Assembly (NCBI GenBank): GCA_000004985.1
Contig: GG738951.1
Reading direction: 5' to 3' (one strand)
Length of the DNA: 24,047 nt
Origin: Naegleria gruberi
Taxonomy: Eukaryota
Below are positions 1-9,476 of this stretch, piece after piece (positions within the stretch are counted from its first letter, which is position 1; every line of letters starts with the position of its first letter). The position numbers and the translations under genes are program-made. A model generated the notes under the pieces. The model was not told the DNA's origin. It worked only from the letters and a program-made list of their open reading frames with translations, and did not search any database.

Positions 1-2
1 AT

Positions 3-906
3 TTAACAGGTGATTTAAAATATTATGAAATTGCTAAAAAAGCAACATTAAGTATTTTTAAATATAGAGATTTAAAAACTAATTTAATTGGTAATCATAT
101 AAATATAATGAATGGAGAATGGATACATCGTGAATCAGGTATAGGAGCATCAATTGATTCATATTTTGAATATCTATATAAGGGATTTATTTTATTTAAA
201 GATGAAGAATTATTAAATTTATTTAAAATTCATTATCAATCAATTTTAAAATATGTTTATAAAAATCCATGGTATTCAGATGTTGATATGAAATTTCCAA
301 AAATAACATTTGGATTATATAATTCATTAGCTTCATTTTGGCCAGGTGTACAAGCTTTATATGGTAATTATGAAATTGCTAAAAAGTCAATTATTGCTAT
401 ACATGGTATTTGGAGAAAATATGGAAGTATACCTGAAGGTTTTAATATTTTAATTTCAAAAGCACAAAAAGGTCAATTACCATATCCATTAAGACCTGAA
501 TTAATTGAAAGTATTTATCATTTATTTAAATTTGATGGTTCACGTGATTCTAATTATCTATATATGGCAAGAGATTTTTATACTAGTTTGGAAATTAATA
601 CAAAAACTAAATGTGGATATGCTGTTATTGATAATGTTGAAACTTTAAAATTAAATGATAGAATGGAATCTTTCTTTTTATCTGAAACTTTAAAATATTT
701 ATATTTAATTTTTGATTTTAATAATTTTGTACATTATAATAATCAAACAAATTCAGAAGAATTATTATTCACTTTTAATACTGAAGCACATTTAATTCCT
801 TTAAATTTAAATGCCTATTTAAAAAATATGATCCTTATTTTAATGAAAATAGATTTTTACATGATTTTTCAAAAAAATCAGCAATTTTTAAATAAAATAT
901 TTATTT
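3..906 (+). CDS. Glycoside hydrolase family 47, EDEM-like (ER degradation-enhancing alpha-mannosidase-like) protein; internal fragment, with the 5' end off-window and the 3' end running into the gap
   Basis: The frame is open from nt 3 (LTGDLKYYEIAKKA...) to nt 906. The translation carries GH47/EDEM signature blocks: GIGASIDSYFEYLYKGFILF, YPLRPELIESIYHLF, KCGYAVIDNV..DRMESFFLSETLKYLYLIFD, FNTEAHLIP. There is no GT dinucleotide in about the last 110 nt before the gap, so no obvious intron donor there. Confidence 0.85.
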
Positions 907-2220
907 NNNNNNNNNNNNNNNNNNNNNNNNNNNNNNNNNNNNNNNNNNNNNNNNNNNNNNNNNNNNNNNNNNNNNNNNNNNNNNNNNNNNNNNNNNNNNN
1001 NNNNNNNNNNNNNNNNNNNNNNNNNNNNNNNNNNNNNNNNNNNNNNNNNNNNNNNNNNNNNNNNNNNNNNNNNNNNNNNNNNNNNNNNNNNNNNNNNNNN
1101 NNNNNNNNNNNNNNNNNNNNNNNNNNNNNNNNNNNNNNNNNNNNNNNNNNNNNNNNNNNNNNNNNNNNNNNNNNNNNNNNNNNNNNNNNNNNNNNNNNNN
1201 NNNNNNNNNNNNNNNNNNNNNNNNNNNNNNNNNNNNNNNNNNNNNNNNNNNNNNNNNNNNNNNNNNNNNNNNNNNNNNNNNNNNNNNNNNNNNNNNNNNN
1301 NNNNNNNNNNNNNNNNNNNNNNNNNNNNNNNNNNNNNNNNNNNNNNNNNNNNNNNNNNNNNNNNNNNNNNNNNNNNNNNNNNNNNNNNNNNNNNNNNNNN
1401 NNNNNNNNNNNNNNNNNNNNNNNNNNNNNNNNNNNNNNNNNNNNNNNNNNNNNNNNNNNNNNNNNNNNNNNNNNNNNNNNNNNNNNNNNNNNNNNNNNNN
1501 NNNNNNNNNNNNNNNNNNNNNNNNNNNNNNNNNNNNNNNNNNNNNNNNNNNNNNNNNNNNNNNNNNNNNNNNNNNNNNNNNNNNNNNNNNNNNNNNNNNN
1601 NNNNNNNNNNNNNNNNNNNNNNNNNNNNNNNNNNNNNNNNNNNNNNNNNNNNNNNNNNNNNNNNNNNNNNNNNNNNNNNNNNNNNNNNNNNNNNNNNNNN
1701 NNNNNNNNNNNNNNNNNNNNNNNNNNNNNNNNNNNNNNNNNNNNNNNNNNNNNNNNNNNNNNNNNNNNNNNNNNNNNNNNNNNNNNNNNNNNNNNNNNNN
1801 NNNNNNNNNNNNNNNNNNNNNNNNNNNNNNNNNNNNNNNNNNNNNNNNNNNNNNNNNNNNNNNNNNNNNNNNNNNNNNNNNNNNNNNNNNNNNNNNNNNN
1901 NNNNNNNNNNNNNNNNNNNNNNNNNNNNNNNNNNNNNNNNNNNNNNNNNNNNNNNNNNNNNNNNNNNNNNNNNNNNNNNNNNNNNNNNNNNNNNNNNNNN
2001 NNNNNNNNNNNNNNNNNNNNNNNNNNNNNNNNNNNNNNNNNNNNNNNNNNNNNNNNNNNNNNNNNNNNNNNNNNNNNNNNNNNNNNNNNNNNNNNNNNNN
2101 NNNNNNNNNNNNNNNNNNNNNNNNNNNNNNNNNNNNNNNNNNNNNNNNNNNNNNNNNNNNNNNNNNNNNNNNNNNNNNNNNNNNNNNNNNNNNNNNNNNN
2201 NNNNNNNNNNNNNNNNNNNN
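907..2220. other. Assembly gap (run of N)
   Basis: Uninterrupted n characters from 907 to 2220. The X-runs in the ORF track across this span are artefacts. Confidence 1.
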
Positions 2221-4054
2221 TGAAGTAGATCTATTACTTGTAGTAGTAGAAATACCTCTTGGTGATTTTTGATTCATTGAATCTAATAAATTAGCAGATT
2301 GACCACGTGGTGATTTAGGGTTATATAAACCACCACCAATCATACTATCCATTTTAAGAGAAGGTAATGCTGTAGATGTATTTAATTGATCTAATTGATC
2401 ATTATTATCAATTAAATTCCATTGAAATATAGTCAAATCACCACCACCACATGATAATAATTTTGTAATTCTTTCATTTTCAATATTATAATGTATAAAT
2501 TTAACATTTGTAACATGACTACAATGACCAATATAAGAATAACCAAATGGTTTAATAATTGGACATGGATAATGATATAAAGATAACATTGTTGTATCTT
2601 CACCTACTATAATTAATTCATTTTCATAATCAACATGACATGTATTAACATCTGTTCCATTAAAATCTTGTTTCCAAATACCTCTAACTGTCCATCCTAA
2701 TGGACATGTCATTGAATTCCATTCTATATTTTCTATATTTGAACAATTACTTAATTTTTTACTATTTAAATCCCATAATAATATTTCATAATCACCTGAA
2801 TTACTTTTTAAATAATTACCACATTTGGAAATATCTAAATGTGTAATAAATGATGAATGTCCTATTAATTTACCAATATATTTATAATCTCCACTACCAC
2901 TCTTTAAACAATTATATAAATAAATATAATTATCATGACTACCAACTGCTAATAAAGTACCATCATGATTATAAGATAGAGTTGTAATTTCTTCATTTGA
3001 ATCTTTACGTGTATATAATGGTTCTTCTGTAAATGTATAATTTTCTAAATTAAAACCATATATAAATAAATGACCTTCTTTAGAAGTGAATGCAACATGT
3101 TCATTTGAAGGTGAAACACATACACCTCTCAATTCTAATGATGAATTTAATTTTAATAATGAGGCGTGTTTTCTATTTTCACAATTCCATACAATAACTC
3201 TACCATCATCTGAACATGTTACAAATAAAGGTAATTCTTTAAATGTATCTAATCCCCATAATTGTTTTAACATGGTTCCAAAATGTGAAATTAATAACAA
3301 TTCAATTTCACCATTTTCTTTAATTAAATATAAATCACCATTTGCTTTACTAGCATATACATTATTATCATATTTAGAATGTGTTATATTTTTAACAAAT
3401 CCATTTATAGTAATACTTTTATAACATTCAATAAATGAATTATTAAATTTCCAATATTTAACTTGACCATCTTTACCACCACTAATAAAACCATAATTAA
3501 ATTTACTATTTTTATCATATAATGGATATAAAGTAAAAACATTACCATGATGTCCATTTATAGTATTAATTAATTTACCATCTCTAAATAAATAAATAGA
3601 ACCATCTTCACATCCAACATAGGCATCTTGATTTTTCATATTAAAACATAGAGAATGTAAATTTTGTAAAGTACCTTTACTTCCAAATATACCTGATTTA
3701 AATGTTAAATCTTTAGTATTATAAATTTTTAATACTTTTTTACCACAAATATAAATTTGTGAATCATCAGGTGAAAATTGTAAATCAAATATTTCACTTG
3801 ATAAACATTTTGTACTTGCAATTAATTCATTCTTTTTCCAATTATATAATAATATAATAGATGATGTATCATTACCACCTACTGTTACTAATAATTCTCC
3901 TGAATTGGAAAAACTAGTTGCTAATACTCCTCCATTTTTAAAATGTAAATGTGTATCTAATTTAGTAATTGGTTCTTTTATATCATGACTATCCCATATA
4001 TATATCATATCATCTTTACCTATTTGTCCACTTGCAAATATATATTCATTTGGA
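2221..4054 (-). CDS. EMAP-like (EML family) WD40 beta-propeller protein, exon 2; the 3' end is lost in the gap
   Basis: About 611 codons are open on the minus strand from the gap edge to 4054. WD40-like repeats run throughout (e.g. GHHGNVFTLYPL, FISGGKDGQVKYW, VTCSDDGRVIVWN, LAVGSHDNYIYLY, LSCGGGDLTIFQW). An AG acceptor at 4056-4055 (minus) joins exon 1 in phase, giving ...TIAK-H-PNEYIFASGQIGKDDMIYIWD. This parallels the EML 'HPD...IATGQ' segment that follows the HELP motif. Confidence 0.85.
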
Positions 4055-4130
4055 CTATATTTTTAATATAAATTCAATTAATATTAAATTATTATTATTA
4101 TTAAATTAAATTATTAAATATAAAACATAC

Positions 4131-4417
4131 TGTTTAGCAATGGTAACAACATCATCATCATGTTTTCTAAAAACAGATTGTGTATTATTTATAGGATCAT
4201 AAACAATACCACATGCAGCACTTGGATATACTAATTTATTTTCATCATTAATATGAAAATAACAACCTTTACATCCTTTTTTAGAAGCACCATGAATAAA
4301 TTCTAATTCTAATTTCTTTGATGGTAATTTATCGACCATCATTTCTTCATAATTAGTTGGTGGAAAATGTGCTGCTTTTAAAAAACGTGGATAAATAACT
4401 GAATTTGATGATGTCAT
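4131..4417 (-). CDS. EMAP-like protein, exon 1 (HELP-motif region)
   Basis: The ATG is at 4417-4415. The translation PSKKLELEFIHGASKKGCKGCYFHINDENKLVYPSAACGIVYDPINNTQSVFRKHDDDVVTIAK resembles the EML 'KLKLEWVYGYRG...' HELP region. A GTATGT donor sits at 4130, and the 76-nt AT-rich intron (4055-4130) ends in ATATAG. No N-terminal coiled-coil region is visible upstream, so an additional 5' exon cannot be excluded. Confidence 0.75.
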
Positions 4418-4651
4418 TATAATAGATTTAATATTACAGTGAGTATATTATTATAAAAGATATATATTATAGAAGTGTTTAGCCTTTTTTTTTTGTATTT
4501 TTAAGAGACACTAAGATTTACAGTATATAAATGAAAGACAACACATCAGAGAGAGTGAAGATGTTGATGATAATGATGAACTTTTTGACCCTTAATGAAG
4601 TTGAGAGGTAAAATCTCTATCTCTCTCTATTGATGTCTACAATATGATTGA

Positions 4652-4800
4652 GAGAGATGGAACCATACATGAAATATTACATCTCTTGTTTTTCAGAATG
4701 TTGACCATGTAAATAATACAAGACTTGAATTATTGTATAATATCTAAATATTCATTGACACAATTCAAAAAGGCATGGAACATGGAACAATTTTGTAAAG
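4652..4800 (+). repeat. Direct repeat, copy 1 (modules A and B split by a 52-54 nt insertion)
   Basis: Module A, TACATGAAATATTaCATCTCT..TTTTCA..AAT..TTGAC (about 4665-4705), matches about 7454-7495. Module B at 4760-4800 (ACAATTCAAAAAGGCATGGAACATGGAACAATTTTGTAAAG) matches 7496-7536 at 37 of 41 positions by hand alignment, and the last 24 nt are identical. The copy-1-specific insert (4706-4759) itself ends in ATTGAC, like module A. Confidence 0.8.
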
Positions 4801-4919
4801 TTATCTCTTAATCATTGTGTAAACTCCTCCTTCCAATCAAAATAGTTCCAGTTCAATGATTGTTGATTCTGACATGCCACTTTAAAAAGTGTGAATATTC
4901 TAAACTCACATTAAAAAAA

Positions 4920-6437
4920 ATGAGAGCATTCACATCCACAATCCGCCACCACACCCTGAAGAAGAATCACACAACAAGCTTTTTATTTTCAAAAAGAATT
5001 GGAAAAGAATCAATTAGAACATTTTCTAAAAATGTAATCCTAAACAATCAAATTCCGCCACCAACAGAAGAACAAGTAAGACACTTATATGACTTGGTAA
5101 TGAATAAAATTGTTTGGGAAAAGGCAAATAGAAATATAGTTCATGAGGATTTGAAAATGGAAAATCAATTTTCGAAACTTGATTTGAAACTTTTGATTAC
5201 TAATACCTCCCTATTTGCTGATCTATTTTCTTTCACACAAGATTTATTGACATTTGATCGATATAATCTTGTTCAGAATAGGGAAGAATTGAAAGAGGTG
5301 AATATTTCAAGTTTGATTCAATATTCTCAATTTTTTGCACATTTACTGAAAGGTATTGTTCAAGGATGGTATTCATTTAAAGATTTGAAACCATACTTTC
5401 CAAATCCACTTACAGGAGTTCAAATTGATGGTAAAGATTTGGTTGAAAATGATCCAGTGACCTATTTATATTGTTTATGGGAATTGAATTCAAAGGATTT
5501 TGTAAATGAACAAGTTCCATTTACAAGAGAGAAATTGATTTGTTTAATTCCAATCATTTTCTCTGCACTAGACCAAAATGATCCTGTAACTGCTTTACAA
5601 TACATGAAATTATTTGTAAAGCATTATCCTAAAGTTAAACAATTATACATAACATCAGCTCAAGGTAGTGATGAATTTTCATTGGAATCAAGTTGGACAA
5701 AAGTTTTAGGTAAAGTTTACACTGAGAATGAATTTGATTCGTGTTTAGATTGGGAAACTGAACTACCTGTAAACCTAAATGGAATGTACAATATTTTTAA
5801 AACACATGCAGACCACCAAACAATTGAAGATCAATGGAAAGTACTCTCAGTTATTGAAGAGGAAGAAAAAAAAACACCATCCAATCCTTATATTTTAGTA
5901 TTTAAGGGATATTTTGGAGATAGTGCTAAAGATTTTATTTATGGATCCAAATGTTTAGAACTATTAGCCAAATCACCTGCCAAAGTTGAAATATTGAAAA
6001 GAACTGAGAAATTTAATGTATTCAAGAATGAACAACCATCCAACCTTGAAATAATCAAAGATTTCAAATTCTTTCCTCTATTATTTTGGAAATGTGTAGT
6101 CTTATCAAAACAGGAAGATCCACGAATGGCAGTAGAATTATTCAAACAAGTGGAATATTATTCAAAAAAACAAACTCATTTTCCATTATTACTCTTGAAA
6201 ATGACTTTAGAATTCAGATTTGCCAATGATGAAGAGGTATTACGTATTTTCCAATTGATGGAACCATTCGAATCACAAACTAATCTTGTCCTTCTAGTCA
6301 GTGCAACAAACTATGCTTGCATGTCAATGAAAAATCTAGGATTAGAACAGGAAATTGTTCCAATGTTGGAAAAATTTATTGAGAAATATGGCAAGGAAAG
6401 TAATTTTACAACTATTCTCAATTACTATAAAAAGTAA
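4920..6437 (+). CDS. Hypothetical protein, 505 aa; unassigned, possibly organelle-targeted
   Basis: This is the first in-frame ATG (4920), preceded by an A8 run; the track start at 4860 is TTG. It is an uninterrupted 505-codon ORF with no Asn/Gln homopolymers. The N-terminus MRAFTSTIRHHTLKKNHTTSFLFSKRIGK is basic and hydroxylated with no acidic residue for about 29 aa, which resembles a mitochondrial presequence (inference only). I could not recognise a family. Confidence 0.55.
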   Translation: MRAFTSTIRHHTLKKNHTTSFLFSKRIGKESIRTFSKNVILNNQIPPPTEEQVRHLYDLVMNKIVWEKANRNIVHEDLKMENQFSKLDLKLLITNTSLFADLFSFTQDLLTFDRYNLVQNREELKEVNISSLIQYSQFFAHLLKGIVQGWYSFKDLKPYFPNPLTGVQIDGKDLVENDPVTYLYCLWELNSKDFVNEQVPFTREKLICLIPIIFSALDQNDPVTALQYMKLFVKHYPKVKQLYITSAQGSDEFSLESSWTKVLGKVYTENEFDSCLDWETELPVNLNGMYNIFKTHADHQTIEDQWKVLSVIEEEEKKTPSNPYILVFKGYFGDSAKDFIYGSKCLELLAKSPAKVEILKRTEKFNVFKNEQPSNLEIIKDFKFFPLLFWKCVVLSKQEDPRMAVELFKQVEYYSKKQTHFPLLLLKMTLEFRFANDEEVLRIFQLMEPFESQTNLVLLVSATNYACMSMKNLGLEQEIVPMLEKFIEKYGKESNFTTILNYYKK

Positions 6438-7340
6438 AATAGTTCTATTTTCATTAAAAGTTACTACTAGCTCTCAACATTGCACATATTGTTTTTCAAA
6501 ATTGCAACAGTTCAGCCCAAGAGGTACTTTCCTGTATGCTGAAAATTCAGCTTCAATTGCCAGTTGTGTTGATGAGGAACAACTAACTATTGTAACTTGG
6601 TTATTAAGGATAAAGAAGGAAATGAAATTTTGAGAGAACGTGCAACTTTGGATGAATTGAGTGAAGAAACATTCTCTGTTTCATTCTTAATTAAGAGTGA
6701 GCTATATACTGATTATAATATATCAGTAGAATTGGAGGAGAATTCATACTCTTTAGATAATAGTGAACATGTTGATCCATCTCCAATTCAAAAACTTAAC
6801 TTACAAATCAGATGCATTGAAAAGTTCCAAATAGATGCAGCAAGTACAATCTCAAAGAGTTCAAATGAAGAATCTCCATGTTAATGGTAAAATTGTTGAA
6901 GAGAAATTGGAATTCATTGCAAATGAAGTAAAAAAGATTCGTGATAGAACTATTTGAAAAATCATTTCAGGTACCTCACGTGAAAATATCAATGCAGTTC
7001 TTCCATTGTACATTGGTGAGGAACATTGGAGGGTTGCTCGTAAAAAGATGAAGCCAGTTTTAGGATTTGTCGCTACTTTGGATGTAATGGGTTATGCTTT
7101 CGAGCAATTCAAAACCATTCCATTCTTTGTTCTCTTCAAGCTTCTCCAAGAATGCTCTGAACAAGAATCAATGACTGAATTCCAATCTTTGAGATTAAAT
7201 TTGGTTCTAGCCAATTTTTAGAAACTGATGATGTGTATTGTGCAGCTGGTATGTTATTTGGACAAAAGAGAGGTAATGGTGAGTTTATTTATTTCACTCG
7301 TGCTCTATGTACCCCTGGTGTCAAGTTCTTTAAAAGTTGA
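6438..7340 (+). pseudogene. Coding-like sequence broken across three frames; either a decayed gene or unresolved exons
   Basis: Successive open stretches lie in different frames and none starts with ATG; the track starts at 6355, 6597 and 7006 are all TTG. The pieces are ..HCTYCFSKLQQFSPRGTFLYAENSASIASCVDEEQLTIV.. / ..DKEGNEILRERATLDELSEETFSVSF...IRCIEKFQIDAAS.. / ..NGKIVEEKLEFIANEVKKIRDRTI*KIISGTSRENINAVLPLYIGEEHWRVARKKMKPVLGFVATLDVMGYAFEQFKTIPF.. / ETDDVYCAAGMLFGQKRGNGEFIYFTRALCTPGVKFFKS* (7221-7340). Amino-acid composition looks protein-like rather than random. Confidence 0.3.
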
Positions 7341-7440
7341 AAATGTTATTGAGAGGTGAATTCCTTATAGAGTTGTTGAGTTGTTGGATTCTGCGCTTGG
7401 AGAATTGAATTCAATCCGGTGATGTTGTGGAAATTACTAA

Positions 7441-7536
7441 GAGAGCCTATCTGTACATGAAATATTGCATCTCTCTGGCTTTTCAATATATTGACAAAGT
7501 TCAAAAAGTCAAGGAACATGGAACAATTTTGTAAAG
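7441..7536 (+). repeat. Direct repeat, copy 2 (modules A and B contiguous)
   Basis: See copy 1. This copy ends 48 nt upstream of the ankyrin gene ATG (7585). Sequence becomes strongly AT-rich immediately after 7536. Confidence 0.8.
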
Positions 7537-7584
7537 AATATAATCACTAAAATATTAATAAAATAATAATAATCAATTTAAAAA

Positions 7585-8955
7585 ATGTCACATGATTCAC
7601 AATCTGATCAATTAAATGATCAACAACAACAAGAAGAAGAATATAATGAAGAGGAAGAAGAAGAAGAAGAATTTAATGAAGAAGAAGAAGAAATTAAAAA
7701 AACACTTGATGATGAATTATTAGATAGTGCTATTAATAGAGATTTTAATAGATTAAAATTATTATTAATAGAAAAAGGAGCCAATGCATTCTATAATAAA
7801 AGAATAGAAGGAGTATGGGGAGCCTATGAAGAATATGGAGTAATACATAAAGTATTACTTGGATGGGATGATATGAAAGAACAAATGCAAGCTATAGAAT
7901 TATTATTAAGTAAAGGTGCTAATGTAAATGCTATATATGGTAGTAGTAATTGGAAAGGAAGTGGATCAAGTGGTACAGCCTTTGAAATTGTATTAAGTAA
8001 GAATAATATTGAATTAATCAAATTATTTTTAAAATATGGAGCAGATTCAAATACATGTCAAAAAAGACAAGCACACACTATGAGATATGATGGTTCATCA
8101 TCTTTTCCTTTTTTATATCAAAGTGTTAAATATGGTAATTTAGATTTATTTAAATGTTTATTAGAACATAATGCTAATACTAATTTATTTGCTTTTAATA
8201 GAGGTTCATCTGAATATGGTCCTATTGATGATTTAAAAGAATTACCTTTACATTTAGCATGTAAATTATTTAAATCAATTAATAATATTAATATTAATAA
8301 TAATAATAATATTAATGAATCTTATGATAGTGATGATGAATATAATAATAATAATAATGAATCTAAATCTAAAAATAATTATGAAAAATATAAAGAAATG
8401 ATATTATTATTAATTAAATATAATAGTGATATTAACATGTATGGTAAAACAGTATATCAAATACCAAATGAAAATTATCCTAAAAATATAAATGAAGAAG
8501 AATATAATGAAATATCAGATCCAAGAGGTGATAATTTTATACCACAAACTATAAATATTAAAATACAATATACACCACTACATTTATCAATTATTACAAA
8601 TCAAAATGAAGAATTATTTAATTTATTATTATTTAATGGTGCAAATTCAAATATTAATTTTATTAAAAATAATATTGAAATTTCTACTTTAGATTTATTA
8701 AAAGAATATAATTTAAATTGGAATTTAAATTTTCAATGGTCAATTAAATATCATAAATATTTACCTAATCATTTAAAATTAATTATTAATACTTTACAAT
8801 ATATTTCATATCATTTAAATTGGCCTTTAAATTTAGATACTTTATCTATTATTTATAATTTTTTATGTTTGGATTATTTTTATGAAAATGATTTAAAATT
8901 TATTAAAAATAGACAAGAAGAATATGAAAAATTTAAAAAAACTAATTATTATTAA
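7585..8955 (+). CDS. Ankyrin-repeat protein with an acidic N-terminus and Asn-rich insert, 456 aa
   Basis: The ATG follows an A-run. The Glu-rich N-terminus is (QQQQEEEYNEEEEEEEEFNEEEEE). Repeated ankyrin signatures are present: ELLLSKGANVNA, IKLFLKYGADSNT, FKCLLEHNANTN, LPLHLACK, YTPLHLSIITNQNEELFNLLLFNGANSN. AATAAA lies at 8961-8966, just after the stop. Confidence 0.85.
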   Translation: MSHDSQSDQLNDQQQQEEEYNEEEEEEEEFNEEEEEIKKTLDDELLDSAINRDFNRLKLLLIEKGANAFYNKRIEGVWGAYEEYGVIHKVLLGWDDMKEQMQAIELLLSKGANVNAIYGSSNWKGSGSSGTAFEIVLSKNNIELIKLFLKYGADSNTCQKRQAHTMRYDGSSSFPFLYQSVKYGNLDLFKCLLEHNANTNLFAFNRGSSEYGPIDDLKELPLHLACKLFKSINNININNNNNINESYDSDDEYNNNNNESKSKNNYEKYKEMILLLIKYNSDINMYGKTVYQIPNENYPKNINEEEYNEISDPRGDNFIPQTINIKIQYTPLHLSIITNQNEELFNLLLFNGANSNINFIKNNIEISTLDLLKEYNLNWNLNFQWSIKYHKYLPNHLKLIINTLQYISYHLNWPLNLDTLSIIYNFLCLDYFYENDLKFIKNRQEEYEKFKKTNYY

Positions 8956-9065
8956 TATTTAATAAAAATGTAGAGTGTTTGTTTATATTTTTAATAAAAT
9001 TAACATATCTTTTTATTCTGAATAATTTCCCTTTATTTTTATTCCATCTTTTTGAAAATATATAT

Positions 9066-9428
9066 TTATAATAAATGATATGGACTTTGAAATGATATTA
9101 ATTGTTCATTATAATATCCATATTCTAAATTAATAATTAATTGTTCCAATTCTTTTACATTTCCAATAAATTTAATTTTATTATTAAAAGTATTTAAATT
9201 TAAAGTTAAATATTTAATATTATTTAATTTAAATAATTTAAATGCTGTATCAATAAATATATTACATTCTAATTCTTTTAAATTTTTAAAATTACTATTA
9301 TTAGTAATTAATTCAATAATAGAATCATTATCATAATTATTAATAAATTTAATAGATTTTACATTTAAAGATGTTTTACAAATTGATTTTAAATTTAAAT
9401 AAATTGATAATAAATTAATTTCTAAATC
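9066..9428 (-). pseudogene. LRR-like open frame (120 codons, no ATG) in frame with, and 51 nt downstream of, the last sense codon of the 9477-10682 ORF
   Basis: The minus-strand translation is DLEINLLSIYLNLKSICKTSLNVKSIKFINNYDNDSIIELITNNSNFKNLKELECNIFIDTAFKLFKLNNIKYLTLNLNTFNNKIKFIGNVKELEQLIINLEYGYYNEQLISFQSPYHLL*. It has the same L/N/I-rich repeat style as the upstream gene. It is absent from the ORF track because it lacks any start codon. Confidence 0.35.
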
Positions 9429-9476
9429 TCATCATTTATATTATTTTTATAAAAATTTAACTTTAAATTAAAATTA

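Noticed and set aside
3086-3424. 112-aa plus-strand ORF
   Set aside because: It lies entirely antisense within the WD40 exon of the EML gene and its translation shows no domain-like features. It is a typical shadow ORF. The same reasoning applies to 5939-6145 (-), 7824-8021 (-), 22715-23011 (+) and 23478-23708 (-).
108-4008. Track ORFs 108-2228 (+) and 901-4008 (-) as 706-aa and 1035-aa proteins
   Set aside because: The long X-runs are translations of the N gap (907-2220). Only the flanking real sequence is meaningful. The same applies to 22101-22607 (+) and 22132-22641 (-) across the second gap.
4860-4919. Track start positions at TTG/GTG codons (4860, 6355, 6597, 7006, 11112, 12501, 12712, 12987, 13069, 13496, 22600)
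   Set aside because: These are bacterial alternative start codons and are not appropriate for a eukaryotic nuclear gene. I moved starts to the first in-frame ATG where one exists (4920, 13032, possibly 22642). Otherwise I treated the ORFs as exon or pseudogene fragments.
4440-7540. Calling the 4440-7540 segment a specific known Dictyostelium transposon (TRE5/TRE3, DIRS-1, Skipper, DGLT-A, Tdd/DDT, thug)
   Set aside because: The duplicated module recalls the repeated B-module of TRE5 or an LTR pair. However, I see no reverse transcriptase (YxDD), endonuclease, integrase, tyrosine-recombinase or DDE motifs in any frame, no adjacent tRNA gene, and no clear target-site duplication. The mobile-element idea is kept only as a hypothesis in the findings.
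8270-8360. AAT/AAC-rich microsatellite-like runs within ORFs (also 18700-18787, 20140-20220, 20640-20800, 23560-23620)
   Set aside because: These are in-frame Asn tracts, which are ubiquitous in dictyostelid coding sequence. They are not independent repeat features.
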